From positions 310,001 to 374,000 of the forward strand of contig PPNB01000005.1 in NCBI GenBank assembly GCA_003707115.1: a stretch of DNA of 64,000 nucleotides, written 5' to 3'. Below the pieces are notes generated by a model, which was given only the letters and a program-made list of their open reading frames with translations, was not told where the DNA came from and made no database searches. Shown here piece by piece: positions 62,801-64,000 of this stretch. Source of the DNA: Tortispora ganteri (Eukaryota). Every line of letters begins with the position of its first letter. The first letter of the stretch is position 1. A program made the translations under genes and the position numbers.

Positions 62801-63641
62801 TATTGAGACCTTTGAGGAGTTTAAGACATTCGTAATTGATCAACCTCAAGTTGTGACTGCTGTGTCGTTTTTGTGTGCTCTGCCGTTGTACGTACAGGTC
62901 GACCCCAGGAAGAGATTCATGTCTGCGAAGTATAATCCTGCGCGTACATTTACTCCAGCAGGTTGCTTGGCTACAGGTAGCTTGACTAATAGTATTTACT
63001 CTGTTGATTCTCCTGGTGGATACCAAATGTGGGGTATGACGCTTCCTGGTTCGTGCTGGAACACGTTCAGCAGACTGCAAGGATTTCCCCCTGGCCAACC
63101 ATGGCTTATGAATTTGTACGACCAGATTGTGTTTTACGAGGTTACAGAGGAAGAGCTGAACTCTCTTAACGAACAACTGATTACTGGACGATATACTATA
63201 AAGTACGAAGATTCAGTCTTTGATTTCTCTGCATATGCAGACTTGGTTGAGTCTACTAAGGAAGAAGTAGCCGACCTACGTGCGCGCCAGTACAAAGCAT
63301 GCGAGAGCGTCATTGCGTTGGATGCCGAAGATTATGCTCTATGGGAGAAAGAGAAGGAGGAAAGCAAGCTGAGCAAAAGCAGCGAAGAGGGATCGCTAGT
63401 CAACAATCCCAATGCGGTCAAGGTGACTTCACCGATGAATGCGAGTGTATGGAAGATACAGGTTAAACCAGGTGACAAGGTGACCAAGGAGACTGTCTTA
63501 ATGATCCTGGAAGCGATGAAGATGGAAATTCCTGTCCGATGCGAAGACCTAAAGGGGGAGATGACTATTGCTGCGATTATGTCTGAAGAAGCAGATGTTG
63601 TTTCATCTGGTGATTTGCTTTTGATTGGTCTGACAGAATAA
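59859..63641 (+). CDS. Stand-alone urea-carboxylase-like biotin enzyme (BC, two carboxyltransferase-type domains, BCCP), LamA-like; no allophanate hydrolase domain
   Basis: VLIANRGEIA, PGYGFLSEN, GGGGMG, RECSIQRRHQK, EVNTRLQVEH, TTVQDLPGR, HPSNI, SPGGYQ, biotinyl EAMKM; protein starts directly at the BC domain (ATG 59859). Confidence 0.92.
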   Translation: MSFSTLKTVLIANRGEIALRVINCCKAHGLKSVAVYSKEDSDSLHVSEADEAHLLPGTGSAAYLNTEVIIQIAKETKTDVVVPGYGFLSENAEFSAALASNGIGFAGPDADSIEKFGLKHFARELAVKDKVPVVPGSELIETEEEAVKFADSIGYPIILKATAGGGGMGLRVCFTSQELTENLSQIKSRGETLFKNSGVFIEKYVQNGRHIEIQVFGNGAGDVIAVGERECSIQRRHQKVVEETPSPFIAHPNYNNAQLREKMSKCAIALLSSAKYKSAGTVEFLVDDDTAEFYFLEVNTRLQVEHGISELCYGVDLVYMMLLQADYELSNKGGIPADQLKSFIDIVPGKSIAEPKGHAIEVRVYSENPVKNFQPSPGVLHNVEFPPTGKTSKGVVRIDHWISTGCKVSPYFDPLLAKVMVWAPTRDEAITLMTETLAATVIQGPPLNLEYLRQVIADPHFSSGNTLTSFLDKKFTFEPKMIEFLSNGAYTTVQDLPGRITCNGGIPLSGPMDSLSFTTANSLVGNPVETAALEITFAGPSILFHSASIISLCGGTFDVTIDDEEVPMWTTLSIAKGSKLRIGKASDKGCRAYLAIKGGLPGVAFYLGSKSCTPTLNLGGHQGRIILPGDCLDIEAQESDTKTSVVYTLPTRCIPPFTEPGKVWTIRVIPGPHDTEEILSDEGRAIIYESDWVVNHNSNRGALRLDGPKPKFSRTGGGDGGRHPSNILEYGYPTCGLSFTGDSAILFGADGGTLSGFICVAVPVESDWWKFGQAKPGDILRFTPTSRVAAIQLKQKRLTWNKYIATLPSAENAKAFNDEAYSNVEVDGTSSIMYSRPAGNDLPFVEYRRCGESMILVDFGILDFDLMNNGRQYAMDLALQKLPESSKAKKAIYRVECLSGSLNVSFDPLKIDVREMLEQLMHIESALPPSRELKIPSRIFHFPMVFEHSALRACIERYVKTQRPHAPYLPNNIEYLMKTSAIETFEEFKTFVIDQPQVVTAVSFLCALPLYVQVDPRKRFMSAKYNPARTFTPAGCLATGSLTNSIYSVDSPGGYQMWGMTLPGSCWNTFSRLQGFPPGQPWLMNLYDQIVFYEVTEEELNSLNEQLITGRYTIKYEDSVFDFSAYADLVESTKEEVADLRARQYKACESVIALDAEDYALWEKEKEESKLSKSSEEGSLVNNPNAVKVTSPMNASVWKIQVKPGDKVTKETVLMILEAMKMEIPVRCEDLKGEMTIAAIMSEEADVVSSGDLLLIGLTE

Positions 63642-63737
63642 ACAGACGCTTAGATAATAGTAACTACATTAGTTAAATATTATTACAATAGGACTTGTAA
63701 GTGAATGAAGTGAATATACAAAGTTTATGTAAGCTAT

Positions 63738-64000
63738 TCAAGCGTTTACTTCTGCAAGCAGCTCATTGATCTGTTTCGCTTTGATGACGGCATCAGGAAG
63801 ATCGCTGTGAAGACAGACTGTGACTTCAGGCTCGTTAGCAAAATCGAATTGGATTTTCTTGCCACTCTTAGCGTCGACAGTGTCTTCGTAGAGGATCTGA
63901 CGGAGTGCGTCCTTCACTTGGTCGGTGGGCCTGCCTCCGTAGATGGTGAGGGACATGATAGAGCCGTCATCGGCAAAGTTAACGTCAGGGTAGGCCTCTG
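63738..64000 (-). CDS. lamB: LamB/YcsF (PxpA, 5-oxoprolinase subunit A-like) protein, 3' part; runs off window end
   Basis: Manual translation EAYPDVNFADDGSIM...TVDAKSGKKIQF...TVCLHSDLPDAV...INELL* matches the LamB/YcsF C-terminal pattern (E.FADR.Y..DG.L ... TICVHGD.PGA). Confidence 0.78.
   Translation of the reverse strand, partial: EAYPDVNFADDGSIMSLTIYGGRPTDQVKDALRQILYEDTVDAKSGKKIQFDFANEPEVTVCLHSDLPDAVIKAKQINELLAEVNA

Noticed and set aside
59859..63641. Urea amidolyase DUR1,2
   Set aside because: No N-terminal allophanate hydrolase (amidase) domain; the protein starts at the biotin carboxylase domain.

Overview
Very compact ascomycete yeast chromosome segment with about 37 protein-coding genes, tiny intergenic gaps and a few short spliceosomal introns (GTAAGT/GTATGT/GTAAGA ... 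(T/C/G)ACTRAC ... YAG). CTG reads as Leu (GYLHIGH of GlnRS uses CTG), and an eIF3f gene is retained; together these suggest an early-diverging Saccharomycotina (inference). Most genes are housekeeping: RSE1, TFC7, GLN4, MME1, VPS52, eIF5A, RRN7, RPL40, STE4, TAF14, NBS1, EFM6, RSM25, TAF13, KSH1, UTP25, eIF3f, CYK3, FMT1, SOD1, a TUS1-like RhoGEF and an OCH1-family gene. Several genes missed or truncated by the ORF track were rebuilt by hand (RSE1, eIF5A, RPL40, a 3-exon LYR gene, KSH1, SOD1). Highlights: (1) at the right end, a stand-alone biotin-dependent urea-carboxylase-like gene lacking allophanate hydrolase converges on a LamB/YcsF (PxpA) gene, with a GATA-rich promoter and an SLC10/SBF transporter upstream, a candidate lactam/5-oxoproline utilisation cluster; (2) a GH17 glucanase with a pheromone-precursor-like RR-(DA/EA)8 spacer and five Trp-rich 12-aa repeats, head-to-head with STE4; (3) tandem MFS paralogues with a shared non-coding block and a Rim101/PacC site cluster upstream of the second copy; (4) a divergent kinase converging on a VHS/GAT-like protein with an SP array; (5) a Cys-pair orphan; (6) a GlnRS lacking its first N-terminal subdomain; (7) a PPR gene with no in-frame AUG for its apparent presequence. 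No tRNA, rRNA, CRISPR array or transposon could be supported.
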